A stretch of 64,000 nucleotides of DNA, taken from Spirochaetia bacterium. Its GTDB lineage: Bacteria; Spirochaetota; Spirochaetia; UBA9216. The translations under genes and the position numbers were made by a program. A model generated the notes under the pieces. The model was given only the letters and a program-made list of their open reading frames with translations, was not told where the DNA came from and did no database searches. Where the stretch lies: the NCBI GenBank assembly GCA_963675665.1, contig OY776510.1, forward strand, positions 1,952,001 through 2,016,000, in the 5' to 3' direction. Shown here piece by piece: positions 28,629 through 38,263 of the stretch. Every line of letters begins with the position of its first letter. The stretch's first letter is position 1.

Positions 28629-30142
28629 TTGTCCCTCTCATGAACTCTGGCCATTGCATTCATCAGGTTCTTTTCGGAAATCTCCTCTCCGATAAACTCT
28701 CCGGCCTTTCTGCCTTCGGAAAGTACTGCAATCCGGTCGCATGCCCTTACCAGTTCTTCAACTTCGGAAGAAATCATCAGGACGCCGATATTATCATCTG
28801 CAAGTCCTTTGATAATTTCTTCAATTTCTTTTTTCGCTCCGACATCTATTCCCCGTGTCGGTTCGTCGAGAATCAGAAGTTCAGGATTAAGACACAGCCA
28901 TCTTGCAAGCAGAACCTTTTGTTGATTTCCTCCGGAAAGGTTTTTTATAAGCTGATTTTCACTGGGGGTCTTGATTCTGAGAATATCAATAAATTTATTA
29001 ACAATTTCATTTATCCTGGTTTCATCTTTAAGCCCGAATTTACTTATCCGCGGCAGAAGTGCAACAATCAGGTTGTCCTTGATGGACATGTCGGGGAATA
29101 TCCCCTCGGCTTTTCTGTCTTCAGAACAGAAGCCCATTCCACTCTTAATGGCTTCCAGTGATTTCTTTAACACAACCTCGTTGCCATGAATACTGACAGT
29201 TCCGGAATCTCTCTCGTCAATACCGAAAAGCACTCGTGCAAATTCAGTTCTGCCGGATCCGAGCAGCCCCGATAACCCTACAACCTCGCCTTTTTTCAGC
29301 TCCAGGCTCAGGTCTCTGAGTTTGATGCCTGACGCTATGCCCTGACTTTTGCAGATGGTTTCTCCGGTAATCGGTTTATAATCTTTTTTATAATCAAGAA
29401 CAGTTGATGCGTTTCTTCCGATCATTCTGGTAACAAGGTCAAGCTTGTCGGTTTCCGAGGTCGGCATGGTCCCAACCATTTTGCCGTCCCTGAGAATGGT
29501 AACCGTATCAGCTATTTCAAAAATCTCATCCAGCCTGTGCGAGACAAAGATTATTGAAATACCGTTTGACTTGAGATCATTTATAATTTTAAAAAGAATC
29601 TTTACTTCATGTTCGTCAAGAGAAGATGTCGGTTCGTCCATGACAACCAGTTTAGCCTGTGTGGAAATAGCACGGGCAATGGCCGTCAGCTGGGAAATCG
29701 CGGTGCTGCATTCTTCAAGGGGTTTCAGGGTATCCATTTCAAGTCCGAAATTATCCAGAAAAATTGCTTTGGATTCTTTCTCCATTAAAGTCCAGTCGAT
29801 TAACCCCGTCTTTTTCCGCGGCTGTCTTCCGATGAAAATATTCTCGGCAATTGAAAGATATGGTATCAGGTTAAGTTCCTGATAGATTGTGCTTATTCCG
29901 ATGTGCTGGGCTTCCAGCGGCGACTGCGGTCTGATCGAGTCTCCGTCAAGCAAAATCGAGCCCTCGTCCATACTGAAAACACCGGTGAGAATTTTGATTA
30001 ATGTTGATTTTCCGGCGCCGTTTTCTCCCATTAAAGCGTGTACTTCATTTCTTTTTACTGTGAAATCGACATTCTGAAGGGCCTGGACGCCGGTGAATGA
30101 TTTTGAAATATTCGACATTTCAAGCAGGTTGTTAGTATCCAA
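28625..30142 (-). CDS. Sugar ABC ATP-binding protein, YtfR-like
   Basis: 'GENGAGKST', 'MDEPTSSLD', 'GLLGSGRTE', 'SEDRKAEG', 'LSGGNQQK'; TTG start after GAGGT. Confidence 0.92.
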   Translation of the reverse strand: MDTNNLLEMSNISKSFTGVQALQNVDFTVKRNEVHALMGENGAGKSTLIKILTGVFSMDEGSILLDGDSIRPQSPLEAQHIGISTIYQELNLIPYLSIAENIFIGRQPRKKTGLIDWTLMEKESKAIFLDNFGLEMDTLKPLEECSTAISQLTAIARAISTQAKLVVMDEPTSSLDEHEVKILFKIINDLKSNGISIIFVSHRLDEIFEIADTVTILRDGKMVGTMPTSETDKLDLVTRMIGRNASTVLDYKKDYKPITGETICKSQGIASGIKLRDLSLELKKGEVVGLSGLLGSGRTEFARVLFGIDERDSGTVSIHGNEVVLKKSLEAIKSGMGFCSEDRKAEGIFPDMSIKDNLIVALLPRISKFGLKDETRINEIVNKFIDILRIKTPSENQLIKNLSGGNQQKVLLARWLCLNPELLILDEPTRGIDVGAKKEIEEIIKGLADDNIGVLMISSEVEELVRACDRIAVLSEGRKAGEFIGEEISEKNLMNAMARVHERDK

Positions 30143-30158
30143 TTTAAACCTCACATAA

Positions 30159-30182
30159 ACAGCCGGGCATTAGCCCGGCTGT
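30159..30182 (-). terminator. Intercistronic hairpin after SBP gene
   Basis: acagccgggc-atta-gcccggctgt, 10-bp perfect stem. Confidence 0.6.
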
Positions 30183-30200
30183 GATAAATCTCTTTTACTG

Positions 30201-31286
30201 TCAGAGTGCTTCGTGGTACAGTTTGGTTACATTTGAAGCGTCGTATACCTTACCCGGCACTACTACCCTCATCGGGACTTCCTTTCCTGCTTCAAGCGCT
30301 TCGATAATATCGAATACAAGTGTTCCGAGAGCTGCGGTACATTCTACGGAAGCTCCGAGTTCTCCGGCTATGATTCCGTCAAAGGCTTCTTTATATCCGC
30401 ACATTGAAACTGTAACAATTTCGCCGTTTTTGATGTCTGTTCCGGGAGTATAACCGGCGGCTTTGAGCGCCTGCGCGGCGGCAATAGCTGCATCATCAAC
30501 ATGTCCGAACACGCAGTTGAACTGGCCGTCATAAGCCTGGATGATGTTTTCCATTGCAGCAAGTGATTCGGCCCTTCCGAAATTCCCGTCTGCTGAGGTT
30601 ACAATATTGAAATTACCGTCATTCTCAGCGAACATCCGGAATCCTTCGCTGAGGTCCCTGGCTACAGATGAACCGGCAGTTCCGGTAATTTCAACAGCGT
30701 TTATTGTCTGGTTGCCGAATTCTGATCTCAGCCATTTGGCTGCATCGTGTCCGACCTGAACAAAGTCTCCGAGAACGCTGCAGACATAATCTTCTCCGCG
30801 TACGCCGGCGGCTTCCCTGTCGGAAAGAATGACAGGCACGCCTTTTTTGGCGGCTTCAGCAAGCGCGGGGCCGAGGCCTTCGTATTCGTACGGTGAGAGA
30901 ACAAGGTAGTCTACGCCTTCATTAAGAATATCAATAACATCCCTGTTCTGTTTTTCTATTGAAGACTGGGCATCCCTGTAAACAAGCTCAATCCCGCGCA
31001 CTTTTGCTGCATGTTGAAAAGATTCGTTGTTAACAATCCTCCATGTATTGTTGACTTCCATCTGTGAAAAGCCTACTTTCAAAGGTCTTCCGGGATTAAC
31101 AGGGTCAATACTAATCTTTCCGTATTTCTCTCCGTTCATCAGTTCAACATCCTGAACATCGTCAAGTGTATACTCAACGCGCAGATATTCGTCTTCTTCA
31201 GAGTCCTGTTGTCCTCCTGCAAATAAAGCAGGTGCGCTCAGTACCAGAATGAGCACGCAGGCAACCAGTAAAAATCTTTTTTTCAT
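30201..31286 (-). CDS. Sugar ABC substrate-binding protein, YtfQ (galactofuranose-type)-like
   Basis: 'ALFAGGQQ' signal, 'VGFSQME', 'WR', 'DAQSSIEKQ', 'PVILSDR', 'VEITGTAGSS', 'SVEC'. Confidence 0.87.
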   Translation of the reverse strand: MKKRFLLVACVLILVLSAPALFAGGQQDSEEDEYLRVEYTLDDVQDVELMNGEKYGKISIDPVNPGRPLKVGFSQMEVNNTWRIVNNESFQHAAKVRGIELVYRDAQSSIEKQNRDVIDILNEGVDYLVLSPYEYEGLGPALAEAAKKGVPVILSDREAAGVRGEDYVCSVLGDFVQVGHDAAKWLRSEFGNQTINAVEITGTAGSSVARDLSEGFRMFAENDGNFNIVTSADGNFGRAESLAAMENIIQAYDGQFNCVFGHVDDAAIAAAQALKAAGYTPGTDIKNGEIVTVSMCGYKEAFDGIIAGELGASVECTAALGTLVFDIIEALEAGKEVPMRVVVPGKVYDASNVTKLYHEAL

Positions 31287-31429
31287 ACAATCCTCCTGAT
31301 ATGTATACTGTGTGTTTAAACAACCCTATCGTAAGCCCACGGATTTTTGAATTAAATATTTTTGGAACAGTTTTAAAACTTTTTGAATTCCCGCTTTTCA
31401 GATTGACATCTGCTATGTCTGAATTTAAT

Positions 31430-31451
31430 GTGCAATGTATACAATGCACTA
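31430..31451. promoter_or_regulatory. Putative GntR/FadR-type operator downstream of TTGACA (31403)
   Basis: GTGCAATGTATACAATGCAC near-palindrome; related sites at 25984, 44658, 49913 and 50012. Confidence 0.55.
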
Positions 31452-31466
31452 TGTGAGGGAGAGTTG

Positions 31467-32405
31467 ATGGGAAAAATAATCAAGCAGCGTGAGGTTACAT
31501 TATTTCTGGTTGTTGTATTAATGATGATAACCCTTAGCGTTACAAGTCCTATCTTTTTTAAAGTTTCAAATTTCCTGTCTCTGGCCAGGAGTTTTTCCAT
31601 AGAAGGGATTGTCCTGATAGGCATGACAGTTTTACTTGTATCCGGTTACATGGATCTGTCGGCAGGATCGGTTATGGCGCTGTCCGGTGTTTTTGCAGCT
31701 TTACTCATAGAAGCGGGAATGCCGTTTATTATTGCTGTTGCAGGAGCTGTTACCGTCGGACTTTTATGCGGTTTTATAAACGGCTGGATAATTACCAAAT
31801 TCAAAATTCATCCGTTTATTATAACTTTTGGAATGATGTCGATAGCAAGAGGCATTGCCCTGTCAATTACGCAGGGACAGCCCATCAGAATATTTAACGA
31901 GTCATTTGATTTTATCGGTCAGGCGGCAGTGTTCGGAATACCGCTTGTAACCATAATTTTTCTGCTGTTTGTAATTTTCTTTGATTTCTGTATGAGAAAG
32001 ATACGATTTTTCAGACAGTTTTATTTTATCGGCGGAAATGCGCTTTCAGCAGAACTGACCGGAATCAATGTAGACCGGGTAAGAATTTTCGGGTTTGTTC
32101 TGACGGGTTTTCTGGCTTCTGTAAGCGGAATATTTGCCACGGCCCGTTTTCAGGGCGCAATCCCGACCGCATTTAACGGCATTGAACTGAAGCTGATAGT
32201 TGCGGCAGTTGTCGGCGGCTGCACCCTGGACGGCGGTGAAGGTTCGGTCCTCGGAGCAGTTCTCGGGATCATTTTTCTTTTTCTGCTGTCCAACGGTATG
32301 ACACTTCTCGGGGTTTCAATGTATTGGGAAAACTTTGTACTCGGAGCATTTCTTGTTGTTGTGGTGTTCTTTAATTCTTCAATCGGAAGACATCTTACGA
32401 AATAA
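31467..32405 (+). CDS. Sugar ABC permease (RbsC family)
   Basis: 'GYMDLSAGS', 'HPFIITFG', 'GGNALSAELTGI', 'VVGGCTLDGGEG'; ATG after GGGAG. Confidence 0.88.
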   Translation: MGKIIKQREVTLFLVVVLMMITLSVTSPIFFKVSNFLSLARSFSIEGIVLIGMTVLLVSGYMDLSAGSVMALSGVFAALLIEAGMPFIIAVAGAVTVGLLCGFINGWIITKFKIHPFIITFGMMSIARGIALSITQGQPIRIFNESFDFIGQAAVFGIPLVTIIFLLFVIFFDFCMRKIRFFRQFYFIGGNALSAELTGINVDRVRIFGFVLTGFLASVSGIFATARFQGAIPTAFNGIELKLIVAAVVGGCTLDGGEGSVLGAVLGIIFLFLLSNGMTLLGVSMYWENFVLGAFLVVVVFFNSSIGRHLTK

Positions 32406-32443
32406 TAACCTTCAGTATGAGGGAAAAAAGATAGGGGGTGTTT

Positions 32444-33490
32444 ATGAAAAGCATAAACAGAAGACTTTTATTGGCGGCAGCAGTGCTCTTTGTATTTGCG
32501 GCAATCCTTTACGGTTGCGGTAACGGCAAAGACGCAGTTGCAGCAGAGAGCGGAGCCGTAGAAGCGGCCACGGGTTATGAAGTGACAACCGGAGAATCCG
32601 AAAACTATGAATACATTGCGTACTGCACCAGTGTACCGTACTGGCTGGACGGCCGCCGGGGTCTTGATAAGGCTTGCGAACTTTTAGGCGTGTCCTATAA
32701 TTTCTCAGGCCCGGTAGAATTTGATGCCCAGGCCCAGGCTAGAGCAATGGAAGAAGCAATAGCCAAGGGTGTAGACGGTATTATATTAAGCCCTGCTGAT
32801 CCGGATGTCCTGGCCGGTCCTTCGGAGAAAGCTATAGCGGCAGGTATTCCCGTTGTTATGGTCATCTCTGATGTTAACAGCAAGCTCGGCGAAGGCAGTT
32901 ACGGCTGGCTTGGCGGCCTTAACTATAACGTAGGTGTGTCCGGCGGAACATTTGCAGCGGAAGAGCTTCTAAATAAAAAGGGGAAGGTCGGAATCCTTAC
33001 AATGCCCGGAGTAACAGTTCACGAAGAGCGTAAAGCAGGTTATGTTGATACCTTTGCAAAATATCCCGATATTGAAGTTGTTGAAATTGTCGACACGAGG
33101 GCTGATCCCGCAATCGGCCTTGACAAAGCTGCCGCGATAATACAGAAACATCCTGATCTCAAGCTTCTGATCGGTACCGATTCTGTCGGCGGGGCGGCGG
33201 CTGCCCGTGCTGTGCAGGAAGCCGGCAAGGTTGGCGAGATTTTTATCATCGGTATGGATCGTGACCAGGACCTGCTGAATTATATCAAGGACGGTGTTGT
33301 TACGGCAACAATTGCCTCCAAGTCCTTTACCACCAAGTTTATGGCTTTACATTACCTGTACTGGATAAATCACGACATTATGCAGGATGCTCCCGACTGG
33401 AGAAAAGCAGGGATTAATCCTGTTCCTACCATTACCGACACAGGCAACATGGTAATCAACCAGGATAACGTTGATTTATTTCTTAAGTAA
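32444..33490 (+). CDS. Sugar ABC substrate-binding lipoprotein
   Basis: Lipobox-like 'LYGC'; 'PYW', 'GVDGIILSP', 'AGIPVV', 'IIGMD'. Confidence 0.87.
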   Translation: MKSINRRLLLAAAVLFVFAAILYGCGNGKDAVAAESGAVEAATGYEVTTGESENYEYIAYCTSVPYWLDGRRGLDKACELLGVSYNFSGPVEFDAQAQARAMEEAIAKGVDGIILSPADPDVLAGPSEKAIAAGIPVVMVISDVNSKLGEGSYGWLGGLNYNVGVSGGTFAAEELLNKKGKVGILTMPGVTVHEERKAGYVDTFAKYPDIEVVEIVDTRADPAIGLDKAAAIIQKHPDLKLLIGTDSVGGAAAARAVQEAGKVGEIFIIGMDRDQDLLNYIKDGVVTATIASKSFTTKFMALHYLYWINHDIMQDAPDWRKAGINPVPTITDTGNMVINQDNVDLFLK

Positions 33491-33518
33491 TAATTAACGG
33501 TCACATTAAATTAATTTT

Positions 33519-33542
33519 AGAGCATCTTCTGTAAGATGCTCT
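33519..33542 (+). terminator. Intercistronic hairpin after SBP gene
   Basis: agagcatctt-ctgt-aagatgctct. Confidence 0.55.
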
Positions 33543-33562
33543 TCATTTTAAAGGTGAAGAAT

Positions 33563-35056
33563 TTGGAACATCAGAATCTGTTATCAATATCCAATGTAAA
33601 AAAAGCGTTTGGAGGAACGGAAGCTCTTAAAGGTGTAAATTTTAATATCAAAAAAGGTGAAATTCATGCGCTGGTAGGAGAAAACGGGGCGGGAAAATCA
33701 ACGCTTGTAAAGATAATATCCGGGGTTATTCCCCTGGATTCCGGTGAAATAAAACTTGAAGGAACCCCGGTTGTTTTCAGAAGCGTTCAGGAAGCCAGGA
33801 GGCGGGGCGTTAATGTTGTTTACCAGGAACTGTCGCTGGCAATGAACCTGACTGTTGCTGAAAATATCAGCGCCTCAAGCGCCGAGATGAATTCATTCTC
33901 GATAATGCAGCTGGATGATATTGATGCGGAAGCAAAATCGCTGCTTGAGGGGTCCGGAATAAAGATCGACACACGGGTAAGCGAGCTCGGTATAGCCGCC
34001 CAGCAGATGGTTGAGATTGCCGGGGCTATTTCCAGGAAATGCAGGATCCTTATTCTGGATGAGCCTACGGCTTCATTAACGGACGATGAAACCTCAAACC
34101 TTTTCAGGATTATAGATCATCTGAAAACCCGGGGTGTTACAATCATCTATATAAGCCACAGGCTTGAAGAAATTTTCAGGATCTGCGACACGGTAACGGT
34201 TTTCAAGGACGGTGCCTATGTCGGGACCCGGCCCGTGGCAGGAATGACCCAACATGACCTGGTCTGCCTGATGATCGGTCGGGAAATGAGGGACATGTTT
34301 CCGGTAAAAAAGAATACGGCAAAAGAAACAGTGCTTGAACTGAAGAATTTCTCGGGAAAGGGTTTCAGAAATGTATCGATAAATATCCGGGCAGGCGAGA
34401 TTATCGGTTTCGCCGGGCTGACCGGGGCGGGCCGCACCGAACTGTTTACGGCTGTTTTCGGTTTGAATACAGTCTATTCCGGGAAAATGCTTTTTAAAGG
34501 GGAAGAAGTTTCAATTCATTCCGCGAAAGACGCCCTTAAGCTGGGTATCGGGTATCTTCCCGAAGATCGCAAACAGATTGGTATTTTCAGTACCCTGTCG
34601 GTAAGGGAGAATATTATTGCGGCCAGTCTCGGAGCACACAGCAAAGGGGCGCTGCTCGACAAGGATAAAATCATTGAAAGTTCAAAAAATATAATCGAAA
34701 GCCTGGGAATAAAAGCGCTTTCCGGAAACTCGAAAATACACTCTCTGAGCGGGGGAAACCAGCAGAAAGTTCTGCTTGGACGGTGGATGTTGAGCAAGCC
34801 CAGAGTCTTTATTGCAGACGAGCCCACCCGGGGTATTGATGTCGGAGCCAAGCAGGAGGTGTTTCAGCTTCTGAGGGAGATGGCCGACTCGGGCGTGGCC
34901 GTAATTATGATTTCGTCTGAACTTGAAGAGGTCCTGGGAATGAGCAACCGGATCTTTTCGATGTACAGGGGCGAGGTGAACGGAATCCTTGAAGGCGATA
35001 TGTGCACCGAAGCCAGGCTTGGGCCGATGATTGTCGGAGTTGGAGGAAACAGATAA
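33563..35056 (+). CDS. Sugar ABC ATP-binding protein (CUT2)
   Basis: 'GENGAGKST', 'LDEPTASL', 'ISHRLEE', 'LSGGNQQK', 'DEPTRGIDVGAK'; probable TTG start after AAGGTG. Confidence 0.92.
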   Translation: MEHQNLLSISNVKKAFGGTEALKGVNFNIKKGEIHALVGENGAGKSTLVKIISGVIPLDSGEIKLEGTPVVFRSVQEARRRGVNVVYQELSLAMNLTVAENISASSAEMNSFSIMQLDDIDAEAKSLLEGSGIKIDTRVSELGIAAQQMVEIAGAISRKCRILILDEPTASLTDDETSNLFRIIDHLKTRGVTIIYISHRLEEIFRICDTVTVFKDGAYVGTRPVAGMTQHDLVCLMIGREMRDMFPVKKNTAKETVLELKNFSGKGFRNVSINIRAGEIIGFAGLTGAGRTELFTAVFGLNTVYSGKMLFKGEEVSIHSAKDALKLGIGYLPEDRKQIGIFSTLSVRENIIAASLGAHSKGALLDKDKIIESSKNIIESLGIKALSGNSKIHSLSGGNQQKVLLGRWMLSKPRVFIADEPTRGIDVGAKQEVFQLLREMADSGVAVIMISSELEEVLGMSNRIFSMYRGEVNGILEGDMCTEARLGPMIVGVGGNR

Positions 35057-36066
35057 TGAAGTCTAATCTTTCCGGGATATTTAACCGGGCCAGAAAAAGT
35101 GAAATCCTGAATAACAGGTTTGTTCCCGGACTGAAGGCGTATAGCCAGTCAAGGATACTGATCCTGCTGACAATAATTGCGGCGATGGTTGTATGTCTTT
35201 CAATAATAAATCCCCGGTTTCTGTCGTATTATAATTTCAGCGCGATTACCGGCAATGATTCCATGAAGGGGCTTGTTCTTATAGGTATGACCCTGATCCT
35301 GATAACCGGAAACTTCGACGTCTCCGTCGGTTCCAATATCGCGCTGGTCGGAATTGTCACGGCATGGATGATGCAGGCCGGTTTGTCTCCATTGGCCGCG
35401 TCGATGCTGGGTATTGCATCCGGTATGCTTATAGGCCTGTTCAACGGGCTGATGGTAACCAGGCTGAAGATCCATTCCTTTATTGCGACCCTCGGCTCGC
35501 TGTATATGGCCAGGAGCCTTGCGCAGGTTATCACCCAGGGGACTCCCATCGGGAAATTTCCGCAGTCGTTTATCGAATTCGGAGATCTGTATATTTTCAA
35601 AATACCCTTTGTGCTGATTATTCTTGTTGTTTCGGTAATAGCGGCAAACTATCTTCTTCAGCACAGCCGGCTTCTCAGATCGGCGGTTTATATCGGCACC
35701 AACAAAAGAGGGGCTGATTATATCGGCCTGAGGACAGACGCCATCCAGCTTGCAATATTTGTTCTGGTCGGTTTGCTTGTCGGTATCGCCGGTGTTTTCC
35801 TTACTGCAAAGATGCGTTCCGGCCTTCCGACAGCCTTTACCGGGCTTGAGTTTAAAATGATAGCTGCAGCGGTGCTGGGGGGCGCCTCGCTTAACGGCGG
35901 GCAGGGGAATATGCTGGGTTCGATAATGGGACTGATTGTGCTGATTCTTATCAGTAACGCAATGACTATTCTGGGCATTTCGGTGTATATGGACGGGGTA
36001 ATAATGGGAATTGTCCTGATCGGGGCGTCTGTTCTCGACAGCGTTTCGCAGAAAAACGTAATATAA
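35056..36066 (+). CDS. Sugar ABC permease (RbsC family)
   Basis: 'GNFDVSVGS', 'HSFIATLG', 'AAVLGGASLNGGQG'; TAATG coupling with the ATPase. Confidence 0.88.
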   Translation: MKSNLSGIFNRARKSEILNNRFVPGLKAYSQSRILILLTIIAAMVVCLSIINPRFLSYYNFSAITGNDSMKGLVLIGMTLILITGNFDVSVGSNIALVGIVTAWMMQAGLSPLAASMLGIASGMLIGLFNGLMVTRLKIHSFIATLGSLYMARSLAQVITQGTPIGKFPQSFIEFGDLYIFKIPFVLIILVVSVIAANYLLQHSRLLRSAVYIGTNKRGADYIGLRTDAIQLAIFVLVGLLVGIAGVFLTAKMRSGLPTAFTGLEFKMIAAAVLGGASLNGGQGNMLGSIMGLIVLILISNAMTILGISVYMDGVIMGIVLIGASVLDSVSQKNVI

Positions 36067-36185
36067 AAATACTTCCATGTATTTTTATATTTTGAAGTTT
36101 GTAAAGGAATCAGCAAAGCGGATTTTTTACAAACTTCATCTCACAAGCCTGCCGTCCATGGCAGGAATTTTTTACAGGGGATAGT

Positions 36186-37268
36186 ATGGCAATATTATTT
36201 GGAAAAGAATACTCGAGGATGCAGCTGCTGGAAAGAGTGGGCGACATAACACAGCTGTGTCATGCAAACCGGTGCCGGCTTGCCGGCGGCAAACGCGAAG
36301 GCGTGGAGTCTGTTTTTTTCAATAATTCATCGGGTTTGAATTTCTCGGTAATTCCCGGCAGGGGCATGGATTTCGGGCCCTTTATCTATAAGGGTATGTC
36401 TCTGTCATGGCGGTCTGCTGCAGGCGAGGCCGCCCCGGCTTTTTTCGAACCGCAGGGGGCCGGTATGGACCGGAATTACCACGGCGGGCTGATGCATATA
36501 AGCGGGATAAGCTATGCGGGCCTTCCGTGCGAGGATGAAGGAGAATCACTCGGCCTGCACGGCAGAATATCTAACACCCCTGCCGACGAGGTTTACACCG
36601 AAGGATGCTGGATTGGAGACGATTATGAGCTCAGACTTAAAGGCAGGGTCCGCGAGGCGACGGCCACCGGGAAACGGCTGGAGCTGACGCGTACCGTAAG
36701 CGTCCGCCTTGGAGAACCCGCTGTTTATCTGGATGATGTTGTTGAAAATATCGGAATGGAACCGGCGGAACACATGCTGCTTTACCATACTAATTTCGGC
36801 TTCCCGCTGCTGGATGATGGAACGGAGTTTATTATCCCGTCGACCCGGGTTGTTCCTTTTAATGATTTTTCCGCAGCCAAAACCGGAGACTGTTTTACTT
36901 TCCCCGGCCCGGATTCTGAAACGCCCGGAGAATTGTTTTATCATGAACTGTCCGGTGACAACGATGGTAATACCGGCTACGCAGTAATAAACAGGGATAT
37001 TAATAACGGTAAAGGCCTCTGCTTTTCGATTGAGTTCAACCGAAACGTTCTGAACAGGTTTGTCGAATGGAAATACAGCCGCAGGGGATATTACGCGGCC
37101 GAACTCGGACCGTCAAACTGTCACGTGGCGGGAAGGGCAAAAGAGCGGGCCGACGGCACGCTGAAATTCCTTGGCCCCGGAGAAAAAGTAAACTACAGGC
37201 TTAAAATCAGGGTATCAGAAGGAACCGGTATTGCGGCAGTTGAAGATAAAATCCGTAGGTTAACTTAA
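36186..37268 (+). CDS. DUF4432 / aldose 1-epimerase-like protein
   Basis: 'PGRGMD', 'GLHGRISN', 'MLLYHTNFGFP', 'ELGP'. Confidence 0.8.
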   Translation: MAILFGKEYSRMQLLERVGDITQLCHANRCRLAGGKREGVESVFFNNSSGLNFSVIPGRGMDFGPFIYKGMSLSWRSAAGEAAPAFFEPQGAGMDRNYHGGLMHISGISYAGLPCEDEGESLGLHGRISNTPADEVYTEGCWIGDDYELRLKGRVREATATGKRLELTRTVSVRLGEPAVYLDDVVENIGMEPAEHMLLYHTNFGFPLLDDGTEFIIPSTRVVPFNDFSAAKTGDCFTFPGPDSETPGELFYHELSGDNDGNTGYAVINRDINNGKGLCFSIEFNRNVLNRFVEWKYSRRGYYAAELGPSNCHVAGRAKERADGTLKFLGPGEKVNYRLKIRVSEGTGIAAVEDKIRRLT

Positions 37269-37428
37269 AATATTTAGTTGTATGCTGAGTTATTCATAAA
37301 CCAGGCATTATAAGTTTTTAGCGAGTGCTTCTGTAAAAGCTGCTTTTAAGAATAGTTAAATTCAGATGATAATTATTAATTCCTCTGTTCTTTTTGTAGT
37401 AGAATTATTATCGTCACAGAGATTATTT

Positions 37429-38019
37429 TTAATTTGAAATATCATCCAAATAAAGTTGGATAAGATAATTTCCTTTTTCAACAAGATTGAATCTTGTGTC
37501 TTTCAGATACCAGTTAAATAAAACGCCTCTCATTATCATCATAATGTTTTCTACAATTTCATTTGAAGCAAGGACGCTTCTGAAATCATTATTGCTTATT
37601 GCAGCGTCGACCAGTTCATATAGTATCCTGAAGATCCCGCGTTTTTCGTCCAAAATAAATTTCTTATGATAAGGCAGATCCAGCTGGGATTTATAAAGAT
37701 ATTTTGCATTCAGGATTGTTATATCATTGTCCGTACTCCTGTAATATATTTCCAATACGAAATTCAGGAAGTTCTTCAAACGCTGAAGCGGCGGCAGATT
37801 GTCCGGCAGAGACAAGATGAACTCATCAAATTCAATATCATGCTCATCAAGAATATATCCAAGTAATTCCTTCTTTGCTTCAAAATAATGATAGAAGGTT
37901 CCTTTGGATACTCCTGAGTCTTCAATAATCTGATTAACTGTTACGTTTTCATAACCTAGTTTTATAAAAAGCTTGTTTGCAGTAGAAATTATTTTATCTT
38001 TTTTAGTTTTTGTTTTCAT
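37429..38019 (-). CDS. TetR/AcrR family transcriptional regulator
   Basis: 'KDKIISTANKLF..LGYENVTVNQI...SGVSKGTFYHYF..KKEL'. Confidence 0.92.
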   Translation of the reverse strand: MKTKTKKDKIISTANKLFIKLGYENVTVNQIIEDSGVSKGTFYHYFEAKKELLGYILDEHDIEFDEFILSLPDNLPPLQRLKNFLNFVLEIYYRSTDNDITILNAKYLYKSQLDLPYHKKFILDEKRGIFRILYELVDAAISNNDFRSVLASNEIVENIMMIMRGVLFNWYLKDTRFNLVEKGNYLIQLYLDDISN

Positions 38020-38158
38020 AGTAATAAAACCTCATTAAAGCAGTTTGACCATATTATTAGAAAATACAACTAATCACCGGGGAAAGCAATAATTTATATT
38101 ATTACAATAAATAATAATCAACCCTGAAAACGAACCCTGAAAACAGAAATTTAAAATA

Positions 38159-38212
38159 TTGACAGATGATGAATCTAATGGTAAAGTAGACCACGGTCTA
38201 GAACGCGTTCTA
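38159..38212 (+). promoter_or_regulatory. sigma70 promoter with two overlapping palindromic TetR-type operators
   Basis: TTGACA(38159)-17-TAAAGT with a TG extension, then TAGACCACGGTCTA (38187-38200) and TAGAACGCGTTCTA (38199-38212). Confidence 0.7.
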
Positions 38213-38263
38213 TTTTTTATTAACCGCCTTACATGGCAGGAATTCTTTTATAGGAGAAACAAT

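Noticed and set aside
38120-38144. Direct repeat AACCCTGAAAAC x2 in the tetR intergenic region
   Set aside because: Only two short copies with no assignable role; the palindromes at 38187-38212 are better operator candidates.
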